The notes beneath the pieces are model-generated. The model searched no databases and was not told where the DNA came from. It saw only the letters and a program-made list of their open reading frames with translations. Shown here piece after piece: positions 1 to 14,000 of a stretch of DNA of 64,000 bases; position 1 is the stretch's first letter; each line of letters begins with the position of its first letter. Both the position numbers and the translations under genes were made by a program. This DNA is from Hormiphora californensis (taxonomy: Eukaryota > Animalia > Ctenophora). The DNA is taken from the NCBI GenBank assembly GCA_020137815.1, contig CM035352.1, positions 2,356,001 to 2,420,000 of the forward strand, in the 5' to 3' direction.

Positions 1-876
1 GGCTATATTATATTCGACGCTGATCTCTTCAGCCGATTGGGACCCGATATATATTGTATTATTTATAGGCCAGCTCCTCTAGGTATCAGGGATCTTCCTC
101 CCTCGCTATCTTTGTGGTTTCAGCTGCTGTAATGCTGGACATGAGAGATTAGAATTATTATGTAGTGGACATGAATAGACATAATATAATCTTCAGGCAA
201 GTGTGTAGCTGGTGTATTCAAATTTGGGAGGAGCATCAACCTGTACTCAGATCTCTTTTTGTTCCAGAATTTCTTTGTTTTTTGAAAGGACCAAAGACAA
301 TATAATGGCTGTATATAACTCTCTTCCATCTCTCTCTCTCTCTCTCTCTCTCTGATCTCAGTTTACACACACACACAGATGGTGGTACCTAAACCACAAA
401 GTGACTACTTATACTCCGTTCTTTTCCCTCTCAGACTCAGAGATAATCAGATAATCTTCCGAAGCAGCTTGTTCAAAGTGTAACTCTGGAAAAGTAATGG
501 GAAACGGTCTAATAAAACAAAGTAGAGAATCTAGAATCTAGAATTGGCACAGTCAATAAATAAATACAAGAAAGGAAAGGTGAAGAATAGAAGTATAGGG
601 CTGCTATAGATTCTCTACCACTATATTACATTTGAATCCTATGTAACTTTCCCCTGTGATTCTCTCTCTATCTCTCCCTTGATTTCCGGAAGCGAATCTA
701 TGCAGTGCATTCTCACAGACTCCACCACTGGCGAGGAGGGGAAGTGAGATCGTTACTTTTACTAAAGAGAGCACAACGAAAGTGAAGTAAGGAGAGAGTG
801 AATGTAGGGGGAAATACTCTAGCTCAATATATTGACTGCTTCTGTCTGACAAAAGGGCAAGTGCAGTACCGAGTGT

Positions 877-933
<57 letters not shown>
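877..933. repeat. (GA)n microsatellite; similar tracts at about 2337-2431, 3933-4012, 22740-22810, 31117-31260, 37862-37957, 39655-39740 and 54303-54358
   Basis: Directly visible dinucleotide runs. They explain the ERERER/LSLSLS ORFs in the track. Confidence 0.98.
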
Positions 934-939
<6 letters not shown>

Positions 940-2332
940 TGATGGTTCCTCACACATCTTCACTGCATTGGACCAGGAAACCAAAGACAGTGGTGTTATA
1001 TGGGCGGAGAGGGCGAGAGACAAGGAAAAGATCCAGGAGAGAAAATGAAATAGAGAGCTATCTAGGATCGATAGAGAGAGGGAGAGAGAGAGAGAGAGAG
1101 ATACAGCAAAGGAAATACGTGAATCTTCACATTAGGGTATGGTGCAGTGATTGGTGATAAAGGAGGGAGAGAAAATTAAGGTATTTCCCGCAGACCAATC
1201 TGCGTGCAATCATAGCTCTTATCATAGTTAATCTCTCTCTCCATCTCTCTCTATCTCTCCATCTTGCTCGCCCCTCTCCAACTCCGTCATTCTATCCAAT
1301 CCTCCTTTCACAGTTTATCTCCCCCACCCAATCCCATCCACTTTTGTTATTATGGAGAGCAGAGCTGTAGTACTGGGTTTCTAACTTTAGTAACGTCCCT
1401 TCCAACTTACAGCTTTTTGTTGTTCGTTTGTAAAAAATTTTAAATGGGAAAGGGAGGAGAGAGGAAAAAGAAAATTAAAAAAGATAAAATTTTAAAAAAT
1501 TTAACTGGTCGCCCGGGAAAGGGACAGTATTCCCGCCCCAATTTTTTTTTTTTTCTCCCGAACCCTTAAGGGGGGGACTGGGTTTTTTTTGTTAAAAAAA
1601 TTAACTTTTTGCTTTTTGAGGGGTTTTTCCCCCCTTTTGGACATTAACAGTGGGGCCGGGGGTTTAAAAGGGGGAAAAGTGAGTTTGCTTTTACCGATTT
1701 TTAAAAGGGGTCCCAAAAAGCCCCCCCCACCCACAAAATTGGGGGTGGAAATATGGGGGAAGTTAAATGCTTTTGAGTCTGTTTTCCAAAGGGGCTAAAA
1801 TAGATTTTGGGAGGAAAAAAGAGGGGGGAGGAACAGTTGAAAAACAAGAAGAAAGGGAGGAGAGAGAGAGAAGGAGGAGGGGAGAAGAAAAAGGGGGAGA
1901 AAATTTTCCGGGGTAAATGCCCCTCTGGAAGCCCACGGGGGATTTAAATTGGGGGGGGGTAAAAAAAATAGGGGCAAAAGATTAGAGGGGTTCGGATGAA
2001 TTTTGAAAAGGGGAGGGGGGTTTTTTTTTTCCGAAAGGGGAAATTCCCTTGGGGATCTTCCCAAGATTTGTTTTGGGGGGGGGGGCCCCTTAAAGTTTTC
2101 TGGGCCCTTGGCCCCCCCCCTTTTTCCGTGAGATAGTATCCAATTTTGATTCCACCCCAAACGGGGGGGCGCCCCAAAAAAAGGGGGGGCCCCGTGGGAG
2201 GTTTGAAGGGCCTTTTAGGAAACCCTTCCCGGTGGGAAAAGGGCCAAAAGCTTGTTTTTTTGGGGAAAAAGGGCCCCCCCCCACCCGAGAAGGGAAAAAA
2301 ACCCGAAGGAAAAGGAAAAGGGGAAAAACGGG

Positions 2333-2402
<70 letters not shown>

Positions 2403-2753
2403 AAGAGAGAGGAAGAGAGAGAAAGAGAGAGGTAAAAAGACAGTGTAGGGGGAGACAATAGGTATGCTTTGTCTCCAAGATGTGAGGCAGAGAGAGAGAG
2501 AGCTGTGCAATGTTTTGAGCTAAAAGAGTACACCCCTAGTACAGAATAAGAAAGTGTCTACCATGACTTCACAAACATTGTAACAATCATCAAGTGGAAC
2601 ACTGGGGTGTTTAAAAATAGAACGGGACAAAGGAGTATGTGCCTATTTAACATAACAAAGCAACAATTCATTGGGCTGTAAACAAGCCCCCCCCCCCCCC
2701 CCACTCCAAGTGGTGTCCCGATCTGATGTGCTACTGGAGATGTGTCGGAGGGT

Positions 2754-2939
2754 AGGCGGACTCTAGTGCTAACGGACTCTATATCTAACCCTAACCTTTA
2801 CACTAACCCCTAAACTCGAACCCAAATAACGGCCCTAACACTTCTAAATGAGTACAGAGGCACAGCAAACTCTCGTTTCCGGCCTAACGGCCGAAATCTC
2901 GAGTTCGCTTTTCGTGATTTTAGCACTAGAGTCCGCTTA
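2754..2939. mobile_element. Small non-autonomous element with inverted ends and an internal degenerate (CCCTAA)n-like tract
   Basis: TAGGCGGACTCTAGTGCTAA ... TTAGCACTAGAGTCCGCTTA inverted pair; CTAACCCTAACC...CTAACCCCTAA inside. Confidence 0.6.
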
Positions 2940-3927
2940 CAGTGTCGGAGATGTGTTGGAGATGTGATACTGGCCACGCGGACTCCAACAAGTCCAACAC
3001 AAGAATTATGCACGAAGAACCCATTAATATTGAACTGCAGGTGTCAAAATTTGTCAAATCTATTAATCAGGAACCATGCTATCCATGCTAGCGACTGAAT
3101 GTGAACTGTTTAAAGAAAGTATCAAACAGCTAAGATTAGTTAGACTGTGCCATGCAGATTGAACTAATACAACACTCATAGGATCACTAAAAGGGTATAC
3201 ACTCAAGGGTCACTAGAAATAGCACAAATGAAGGCTCCTAGTGGTACACAGAAAGTAAGGGGTTCTTAACAAAGGTATCATGGCCCCTGCAAATTCCCTG
3301 CTAATGAGCCCAAACCGACCACTCTAAAGAGCTCTATACTACCTAATAGTGGTTTAGGTCTTGCTCTCAATGTATATCCTAATTCTCAGAACAGATTTCT
3401 ATGTAGAATAGTATGGGAAATATTCCCAGAGAGAGGTCAGAGGACGCTACAGAGGATGGAACAAATAAAATTGGATAAGTGGAGGAGAAAAAGTTTTCTC
3501 ATCAATGAATATGTAACCATCCATTGTAACTGATGTCATACAGTGGTTCAACCCCCAAATATATATCCTTCCTTCGCTTCAGTAATTATAGGATGGCATA
3601 CAAAAGTAAGAGATCAAGCAAAGCAATTATTGAGGCCTATATCACCCAGTTTTGTGAAATAAGGAACTAAGGAACTATCAATCTTTTACAAATCAGTTAC
3701 CTTTAGAGAGGTCGCTCATCGTGACCGGCCAGTTGCGTCTTTCGTTCCAGCTGTAATAGTCGATATAACTCATACACACACACTCACTCAACAAAAAACA
3801 AGGCAAGATGGAGTGTGATTGAGCGTGTTTTGAGAAAATAGTGAAGAGAAAGATGGATAAGGAAGAATAGTAGGGATGTAGAGAGAGACTGAGAGAGAAG
3901 AAGAGAAAAGAAGAGAAGAAGAGAGAA

Positions 3928-4017
<90 letters not shown>

Positions 4018-6546
4018 TGAGAGATTAGGAAGAATGATAGTGATTGAGAGAGAAAGGTGATAGAGACATTTAGAGCGCAACATTTAGTGATATTTCAGGA
4101 AACGCAGTGCGCTGTATAACGCCGACCACTCAATCACTACTACGTGTAATCATAGATGCGAGAGAGATAAAGAGGGAGATAGATGGAGAGAGTGATAGGG
4201 GAGAAAGATAGAGAGAATGATGGGTATAGCGAGGGAGAATCGAAAGACATTTAAGCACAACATATTCGAAGGAAAGGTTTATGGCGTGTGGCGAAGATAG
4301 CTAGAAAGTAAAATATATGATTTACTGGTTACGTGTTGGGAATTCGGTAGGGAGAACGTTTCGGGAAAACTTGCGTTTATTTTTGTGTCTGTGTGTGTGT
4401 GTGTGTTACATTAATTAGTATGTAAATTAAAACCTTCAAAGAAATTATATGAAAAATGAATCTCCAATTATCAGATAGCGTTAGAAAATGGTTTGACAAC
4501 TCTGAAAAGTTATCTGCATCAAATGGAAAGTGTTTTCTCAACTCGACAAGAAAAATAATATATTGCAGACTGAAAGCACGCTTCATCTTCTTATGCCTGG
4601 AAAACCAAACTCGTGCATGACTCAATAGTTTTTTCTCTAGAAGATTCCGTTAAACGTAATGATGATAGCAAAGTGAGGTAAGAGTAAAGTGTTAAATAAA
4701 GCGATATACTGTATCATTTGGTTGAACAAGAAATAAAAAGAAATTTATCTCTTGTTCGCAGTGAATGCCTTCATCCTCTGTTATAGTACTACAGTCAGTG
4801 CCTAATTGGGCGCTCTAAATACACCCACAAATCCTACACCGCAGTCTACTACCCCTTCATCATCTCTCTATCTCTCTTTTTTCTCAGTGACTATGGCGTG
4901 GGAAGTCGTAGTCAATCGCCAGAATATTATACATTTATGAAAAGATGTCTAGTATAAAAAATATTTCTTGTCGGTAGGTCGTTGTTTCAACTGTTCAATG
5001 TTCATGTTCATCATGGAATATGTAACTTACCTTTACCCATTATAAGGTCTCGTTAGCTAACTACATCTATGGATAAAGATATATTTGTTAGAATTCTGAT
5101 AAAAATATCCAAATCGTGCCAACTTTAGTTCGACGAAATCAGATACAAAAGAATCCTCGTATGTAAAACATAAAATGGTATTCATGGGAACAATTGCAAT
5201 TAAAATTGGTATTGGAATGCCTCGTGAAGACAGATTCAATCTGTTGACCGTACACCACACAGGATGACGCTACATGTCCCTTATTGCGCAGGGGGTACAC
5301 ACAAGAGAGTCTGCAGCACGTCATCATCATCATCATCAATTAATATTGATTATATACTCTTTTTAGCATATTGGTGAAAGATAAAACTTTACGGCTGCCT
5401 TGCTGATTGCTAAAGCGGTTTACTCATTTACTTGTGTTTAGAGCTTGTGTTTATATCAATTGTCCCTTGGTGCTTCTAACACATTCTTGCCAAAGAGGGT
5501 ACCAAAAACGCTTGGCATACGCTGCAGCGGACTGTAGCATACATACCAACATAAACGTTGGCAGATTCTAAAACAGTGCTAAAGTAGGCTTCGAGCCTGA
5601 TATTCGTGCTTTTATCAGATGCACTTTGAATTAAAGGAGATAGATACAACTTTGAGGTCGTGTTTTTCCTGGAAGTGTCTATATCATCAGGGGGTGGAGC
5701 AATAATCATGAGAAAATTTCACAAAACCCGAGTGAGGGGTCTGGGGTATTTAATATTTTTCCTGTGTTTCCTTAAGCCAAAACGGTTGAGTGGGTTGGTG
5801 GTTAGAACCATTTATTGCAGGATACTTTTGTCGTCAGGGTCCGACCGGGATCGCTATTTGAGGTCGGTGCCGCCGGCCGGACCGGGAGGCTCTTTTTGGC
5901 CGGACCGGGACCGGGATTTCGGTCAGGCCCTGGATTGGGCACGTCGCGCCCCCCATGTTCGCGCGCCCGTAGGGCGATCCCCTCAACGGGGTTGGTCGCT
6001 ACGCGACCAAGGCCCTGGACAGTGTGTACCTGTAAATAATAAAAAACAGGCCTTGGCGAATGTTATTGACCCTATTTGAAGGCAGGATAAGGCTGCCCGC
6101 TGCGCTCTTCAAAAACAGGCCTCGAAAACAGGCCTTGAAAAATAAAAAATTCCCGACCGGGCCGGAAAAAGTTTTATTTGGTCATTTTAACTGGAATACA
6201 AGCGCGCGCGACAGCGCGCTTGTACGCGCGGCGCGGAAAATATTTGCGCGTTTTAAGAAGCGCTGACAAGCTCCTCCATTCCGCTATGAAAAGATAATAG
6301 CGCTGACAAGCGCCCCTCGATATATACGTTTCTTTCGTGCATACCAATGCAAGAGCAACCATGATACTGATAGTAACCAGGCTACTATCGCAGCTGTAAG
6401 TGTAGGTTTTCTTTCGCTAATGCTATGATATCATTCGGAGCGAGTATTTAATAGAATTATGATAGTGCCATACTCTTGGTAATGAAATTACCCCTCCGTT
6501 AGTAGAGCTCACGGAGTATGCAATAAAAGGGTTGACTTCGTAACCA

Positions 6547-6611
6547 AGCCATACTCTGAATGATACGGGCATGTCATAGTATGACATGCCCGTATCATTC
6601 AGAGTATGGCT
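6547..6611. repeat. Perfect 65-bp palindrome
   Basis: AGCCATACTCTGAATGATACGGGCATGTCATA-G-TATGACATGCCCGTATCATTCAGAGTATGGCT. Confidence 0.9.
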
Positions 6612-8037
6612 CATGATTTGTCACCGGCACTATAGGATTAGAAACATCTAACTATAGAAATATCTAACTCCGTGTGCCCTACCTTTGTTGTCTCACTCTG
6701 CTAGGACTACGACCGGGATCCCCTTTCTATTTTATCTCTTGGGACTTGGTCGCGACCGTGGTTTTTAGTTTTCACTTTGGACTTACTAATCAAGATACTC
6801 AACAAGCAAATCTTGACCTGTGAGACATATGTGTTCCCAATCCAATTGAAACGAGGTTTGAGTCACTGGATGTGAATTACATTTGCACCCACAACCACTG
6901 CGCAAACCACGATCAAATGTTGTATGTAAACTGTTGTTGAGTAAACTGCAGTAAATTGTATAGTCTATGGAAAATGAATACTCCTCTGCTCTCGTGACGA
7001 TTTTTTTAAATATAGCACAAACATTTGGATAATTTCAAATAATGTTTGTCTGCTTTTTCATATCAGTTTGACAGACGATACGGATATGTAGTTCAACTTT
7101 AAAATATATCTTCTAGTCTTGGTCACATTGATACCTGAGTGAGATCGACGTCGCGCGAGAATAGGTCGCAATGGAGCCAACTTCTAGTCTACATTAGTAC
7201 TGTACCATCGTCTAAAGTCTTACTACCAACTCTGCACAACTCTACTGTCAATGTCTGGAAGTACAACACTCTCGATCTCGATCAGTCTCTATACCACATC
7301 CATAAGAACTCCTTCATTCACTCTTGTCTGTCACCCTCTTCGTAGGGAGACTCGAGACTGTCTGAAGTAGATCATTGTCGTATCGTCTACAGCTGCCGTA
7401 CGCGTAGACAGTCTCGAATCTCATATTTCATCCCCTGCAGTTCACATACTAGCTGCTATGTGGTAGTAGTAAATATAGTGGAACAAATTTGATCTACCCC
7501 CTCTGACTCTTGGAAATCTCATGAGGGCTGCAAAAGTGTTGTTTGAAACATTGCCCATCTCCCACAACCAACTGTCCATTACATAGTCACAACATGTGTG
7601 TAGCTAGAGAGTGTGATACAGTTGAAACTAGCTGGGTGCCTTTAATCCCATTTTCTGTTCGACATCTTTCTTCCAGTTTGTGCCCTGAGGCTTTTAACTT
7701 CTAAGAGCTATAAGCACAGATGCATCTAGTTATCCATTAAAATCATCACAGCACGCGCCATAGCACTATAGTGACCTGCTGGCTGCAGTGCCCGTCGTGT
7801 GTTGTTAATTCAACAAGTCGCGTGGCTCAAATCAGTTTGTCTATGACATATGAGTCATACGTTTTCTCTTGATATGTAGCATAGTATGCCGGAGACTTAG
7901 AAATGTTCTATTTTGTAATTTGTATACCCTATAAAGTATAAAAATTGTAATCTTCCAAACTAGCAGTAGCACTAGCAACCTGCAACGTCAGACACCCTGG
8001 CAACACCGGGACACCTTGGCATCACCACAGCTTCGCT

Positions 8038-11000
8038 ATGACAGAGTTTCTGTTTCTATGGTTACTCCAGTACTTCCTTCCCTTCTCTCTAATCACACTA
8101 ATCCTGGTGTTGGAACCTCACAACAGAGAGATATACACAATAACCGCCCTACTGTTTGCCTTTCTTGGCAATATCGACCAAACAGATATCGCCCTGGTGG
8201 CGTGTGGGGTTGCATTCATCTGTCTGAACCAGGTTAGCGGTAAATGTTAGGGCGTTCTGATACATGTAATTTGCACGTGAGCTGATATAACCACTCCTAC
8301 TATTGCCGTTAAGCTATAATTTAGAGGCTCGAAACCAGGCTCTAAACCAGTGAACCAGGTCTATGATTTGGTAATTTAACCCAACTCAACTCAGCCCTAA
8401 TACAACATCTGCCAGGTGTACCAACCAAAGAGGGAGATCCAGCAAGTTCTATTAGTTGTGGTGTTTCTGAGGTATCTCTATTCACTGAGGACCCCGGCAC
8501 ATCTCTCAGCGTCAATGACGATCATCTTCACATCAATATACCTGAACTACTCAAAGCGAATGTCAGGTATGTAGCAGGAACCGACCGAATCAGGAAATAC
8601 TGGTCCCTGATTGGCTGATAACCAGTCGCGTGACCTAAATAACGAGTTCTGATTGGTTGTTTACTTGTTTCGGTCGAATGTCAGGTATTATATACATATA
8701 TGTAGAACTATGTAGAACTATAGATTTTACAGAACTTGGCCAAGAAATTTGAGGTCCCATATCTCCCTTCCCCTATTAGTAGGGTCGGTTGTGGGAAGTT
8801 GGGTCTGAAATTTTAAATTTGACTTGCTGATATGGTTAGGGACTCTATAAAAAGTCCAAAGTACCATCCCACAGGTCTCTACCACCCCCGGTTCACTAAT
8901 TAGCCGTAATTATGTGATTTATGACGTTATCGCCAATTAGCACTAATAATACCAGTTCCTGGTCACTTAGAGCTTAGATTTTGATACCAGCTGATAGAGG
9001 ATCACTAAATTAGTGGGCATTCAAAATTTTAGGTCGATCGGAGTTATGGTCGAGGAGTTATAACCGTTTTTCCGTTTGGCTGGCGGTTGTCTGGCACCAC
9101 GTGGGATCACGGGTTTAGGTCGTCGTGGGAGGTCGTCATTGGTCGCGTTCGATCGGGCTCGATGAGGTGATCAAAACTTAGTGGGGCCAGACCTTGGCCC
9201 CACCCCGTTCTTGGGTTATTGGGCTTTTTCGGTTTCCCGCCAAAATATTTTCCCGCCAAAACCGAAAAAGCCTAATAACCCAAGAACGGGGTGGGGCCAA
9301 GGTCTGGCCCCACTAGGTTATGATCACCTCATCGAGCCCGATCGAACGCGACCAATGACGACCTCCCACGACGACCTAAACCCGTGATCCCACGTGGTGC
9401 CAGACAACCGCCAGCCAAACGGAAAAACGGTTATAACTCCTCGACCATAACTCCGATCGACCTAAAATTTTGAATGCCCACTAATCTAGTGATCCTCTAT
9501 CAGCTGGTATCAAAATCTAAGCTCTAAGTGACCAGGAACTGGTATTATTAGTGCTAATTGGCGATAACGTCATAAATCACATAATTACGGCTAATTATTG
9601 AACCGGGGGTGGTAGAGACCTGTGGGATGGTACTTTGGACTTTTTATAGAGTCCCTAACCATATCAGCAAGTCAAATTTAAAATTTCAGACCCAACTTCC
9701 CACAACCGACCCTACTATATATCTCCTAGCTGTAACTCGCGGTTTCTGTTCCTAACAAGAAATAGCATTAGGGGTTCATGCTTTTAGTAGAGCTGGGTGC
9801 ACTTTGATCTACTGAACCCTCACAGAGGGCTCACAAGGTGCACCAGCCATGTAATGAGTTGTTGAGTGAAGGATGGGTGAATAGCTCCCCATCCTAGGAG
9901 GGTGAGATTCATTTGAATTAACCCACTTTACATGGGCTTCGGGAACTTTCACATGACAAAGCGCCTGGTCATGCTATACTAGAAGGGCATAGAACAAATG
10001 CATCATTTATTTAGTTTTACTAACAGTTTTTCACCTCGTCCTATACCCAGGAATAATGCATCATTAATTTAGTTTTACTAAAAGTTTTTCACCTCGTCCC
10101 ACTCCCAGGAATGAGGGTATATGTTTCTCGGAAAGTTTCAATGTTACCAGCCCGTATCTTCTCCTTCCTGTGCTCCTACTATCTCCTAGCAGCGTGTGCT
10201 CTGGTGTACGTCCTGGCATTCAACACCCTTCTCTCTGCCCCAAACCCTGGAAGTGAAGGAGCCTATAACAGGACACTAAACCACAAAGAGGAATTCATTG
10301 TTATCCTTCATAGTGTATTCCGGTTCATTTCCCGGCACCGGGTCCTGATTTTCCTGAGTATGGGCTGTCTAGCTGCCCGGCATGTGTTCCTGTTGGTGTG
10401 GGTGAAAACCCACAATGGGTATATTGAGTCGGTAGTGCCTGGGCCCCGGGGATGGCCAATTTTCGGGAATACTCTCCAGGCTGTGCCCATTAAACCATCA
10501 GGGCTGAGGAAGTTCCATGGCTGGTCTACCGAGTTTCCTGTTATGTTCAAGTAAGAAAAGTGCATGAGAGCTAATTGGATGATTCGATTATAACCTGATT
10601 GTTTGACTCTGATGATAGACCTAAACTAAATAGATCTCGATGTACTGGAAACACATCAAGATTTGAAAAGATTCCCAACAGCTGATATTTGATCCTCTCA
10701 ATCAATGGTATGAACTTGTCCACACCACGTGCCTCTCTAACAACTCCTGCATGTATGATTTGATCATGGAGGATGTGTCTCTCCGCTTCCTGCTGTATCT
10801 CTAATTCCTCTACATTTGAAGGTACATGGTGTCCTCTTTTATCTCTACATATTCATTATCAGGTACATGGTGTCCTCTTTTATCCCGATTGTCTATGTTC
10901 ACCACCCAGTGCCACTTAGAGAACTCCTAACTCTGAACCTACCGAAGGAACGGAAATATGTTTATAGGTTCCTTGAGGCTTTTACAGGTGAGACGTTATT

Positions 11001-14000
11001 ATATTCCTGCATTTGGTAGAGCATGTTTACAGTTTAGTATAAAACTGACAAGAGAAATAAAGAGATATTGAGTACCTTTGCTTATAAAGGGATTTCTGGT
11101 AAAGCGCTCGATTGTGAAAGCATGAAACTTGAGTAAACAATTATTAAATCTTGTATTACTTTGAGATATTGAGTACTATTTTTCGGTAGGGGAAGGCCTG
11201 ATAGTAGCCAGTCAGCCGAAATGGGGCAAGAGGCGGAAGCTTCTTGGCCGGGCATTTCACCGGAAATCAGTTGACATGTTCGTTGAGAAGATTGGGAGAT
11301 GCTGTGAGACCTTTGTGGGACGGTTATTAGAGTCACAGGGGGAGGTGGTGAATGCAGCACATTATTGTGAGGTCCTTACTCTGGATATCTTACTCAAGTG
11401 AGTTAATTCTTGATTATTCTTTGGAGTGAGTAATATTTATAGTTGAGGAGCATCCAGCTTTGTTTCAAATCTTGAAACTGAGCTGCAAGCGACAAGCAAT
11501 TCTACCGACTACAGCTATTTACCTGCACTGCAGGTGTACATTTTGCCTAGATGACAGCTGGCAGGACAACAAAGCGATATCTAGATTTGTGGAGGTGGTC
11601 GCCATGTGTGTTCACCACGTGACAACACGCATCTACAACCCTCTATACTTTCTTGATGCCATCTATTTTAGGTGAGAGCAAAGATATTCTTTCTCTTCGG
11701 GCATGTGGTTGGACGAACCAGGAAATACTGGTCCCTGATTGGCTGATAACCAGTCACGTGACCTAAATAACGAGTTGTGATTGGTTGTTTACTTGTTTCG
11801 GTCGGTTCCTGCTTTTTTATGTGGTTCGACGAACCTATAGTTCGCGGTGTAAACCACTCGCATAGGATATAAATCCTGTTTGGCATACTGCAGCTATCTT
11901 TGAAAGATTCTTTCTTCTTCTTCTTTTTCCTCAGCTTCGTTTATTGTTGTCCGCGATATCTCCGGCTCTTTGGTAATTCATGAATGAATGGCTCCATTCT
12001 ATGCTAGGAGCAGCTGCACTAAATTGTATCACCACTAGAACATACCCGCTCCAACAAGTCTGAATTCAATTATGTAGGAGGCATAGTGTTAGACGGGATT
12101 TGGGCACATCGCGCCCCTGGCCTCTGTGTGCAGCGAAAGACGGGACTAATGGCAATGGGAAATAACTTTGTAATATTTTCAATATATATAATATCATTTC
12201 CCACATATGTTATCTTATATTCTCTCGTCCTATACATCTACTAGATCTTCCCTTCTCCTAAAAGAATATGCATGGAGTTGAGACGATATACATCATACCT
12301 ACCCCACCCCCACCCCTTTGTCTACAGCTCCTGCTGCTGCAGTAGAATGATAATCTAAACAAGCTCGGTAGACAATGGTGTGAATATATCGACTGAATCC
12401 TATACACAGCTTCTAACCCTGGCCCGATCCTATACACAGCTTCTATAACCCTGGCCCGATCCGGCCGCCAGACAGCTGTACTTCCAACCCAATATGAATC
12501 GCTGTCAGAGAATTGGTCTGACCATATTCTCATTTCTCTAGAACAGAGCATAGACATTACAGACGTGTTTTCACCCGATCATGGTAGCCCAATCCTATTC
12601 CAATTCTGCAGGACACCTGCGGGCAGGGAGTTCAGGAAGCTAGTGAAGGAAGCCCAGCAGTTTACTACTGACATCATAGAACTATCTCGTGTAAGTATCC
12701 GAATGAGTGTGTTATGAATCATTGAGTAATTACTGTCCACACTGACAAAGTAAATGATGATGTCGGTTTGTCTTGTTCGCTATTTATTTACCTTATTCAA
12801 TAACAATGAGTAATGTTCAATGACGTTTTCATTGGGAGTCACACAGCTGAATGCCCTACAGAAAAGAAGCCAGGCGGATGGAACTAACAATGACATTGTG
12901 TCACAAGTGTATGAAGAGATGGGAGTATCAGACGAGATCAGTGTAGAAGACTTGGCTAGTGAAGTTACCACTCTACTATTTGCTGGTAATCATGGAATCA
13001 CTTTGTTTCAGCTGGTTCTTACAAGATTCAGTGAAATACCATTCAATGACTACTCACCATCATCTCTCTCTACTCCCCTGCAGGACATGATACATCTGCG
13101 CATGGGGTCACGTTTGCCCTGGCACTCCTCTCACAGCACAAGTATTGCTGGAGAAAGTGCAAAGAGGAGGTTATGGCATTCAAAGGTAAGTCATAATTTA
13201 TGGGGGGGGGGGGTTCATTAGCGGTGAGAGTACGTCGAAAAATTTAAATGTGCGTTGATTAGCTGTAGGGCACTTGGAGAGAGTTGTTCGACTTTCGTTA
13301 TTGCTCATTCTGGTGATTTGGTTGGGTAGGCAAGTCGAGATCGAGTTGCCCCTGTTGTAATTGTCTATCTGCTGCCGTACACTATCATAATGGGGAACAG
13401 AGCTAACAACTTATAAAATGTAAGCCACTCAAGTTATACGCTCCATTTCTCCACGCATAATTAGCAGATCTCTACCAGATAATTGGTCCGATATATTGAA
13501 TTTGACGCACATCACCGGGAATCGCCACCCTGAATGTGACATGTGTTGTGACTTGTGAGTGGTACAATTCCTTTTTATGTTTTTAGTGCGGACGATCCAG
13601 TAACTCCAGATTAATCAAGAAGGTCTTGAATAACATGTTTCTAACTACTAACTACATAGACTCTGAATCCATTAAAAAAAATCCCATAAACGTTTACTGG
13701 ATATGTCCGTTTGTTTTTCTCCGTTTACTTCCTCCACCGTGTGTGGCTTCGCAATTATATACCCCTCTCATATCACGGCGATATATAATTTGACCATGTT
13801 TGATACAAGATAGAATTGAAAGGACTTGTCAAACTGTTTTCCTGATAGCGTACTAAACGCTGTTCTTCCTAAAGATTCATTTATCGATTTAATGCCTTTA
13901 TTTTATCAATATATTCCTTGTCGAGATTCCCATTCGCTTCCAGTGTTATTCTAAAACACCAACTTCCTAAAGATCACACATAATGTTGGGGATTGTTTCT

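Noticed and set aside
1400-2340. G/A/C/T homopolymer-rich region with several ORFs
   Set aside because: Looks like degraded read sequence next to (GA)n tracts; the ORFs are low-complexity noise.
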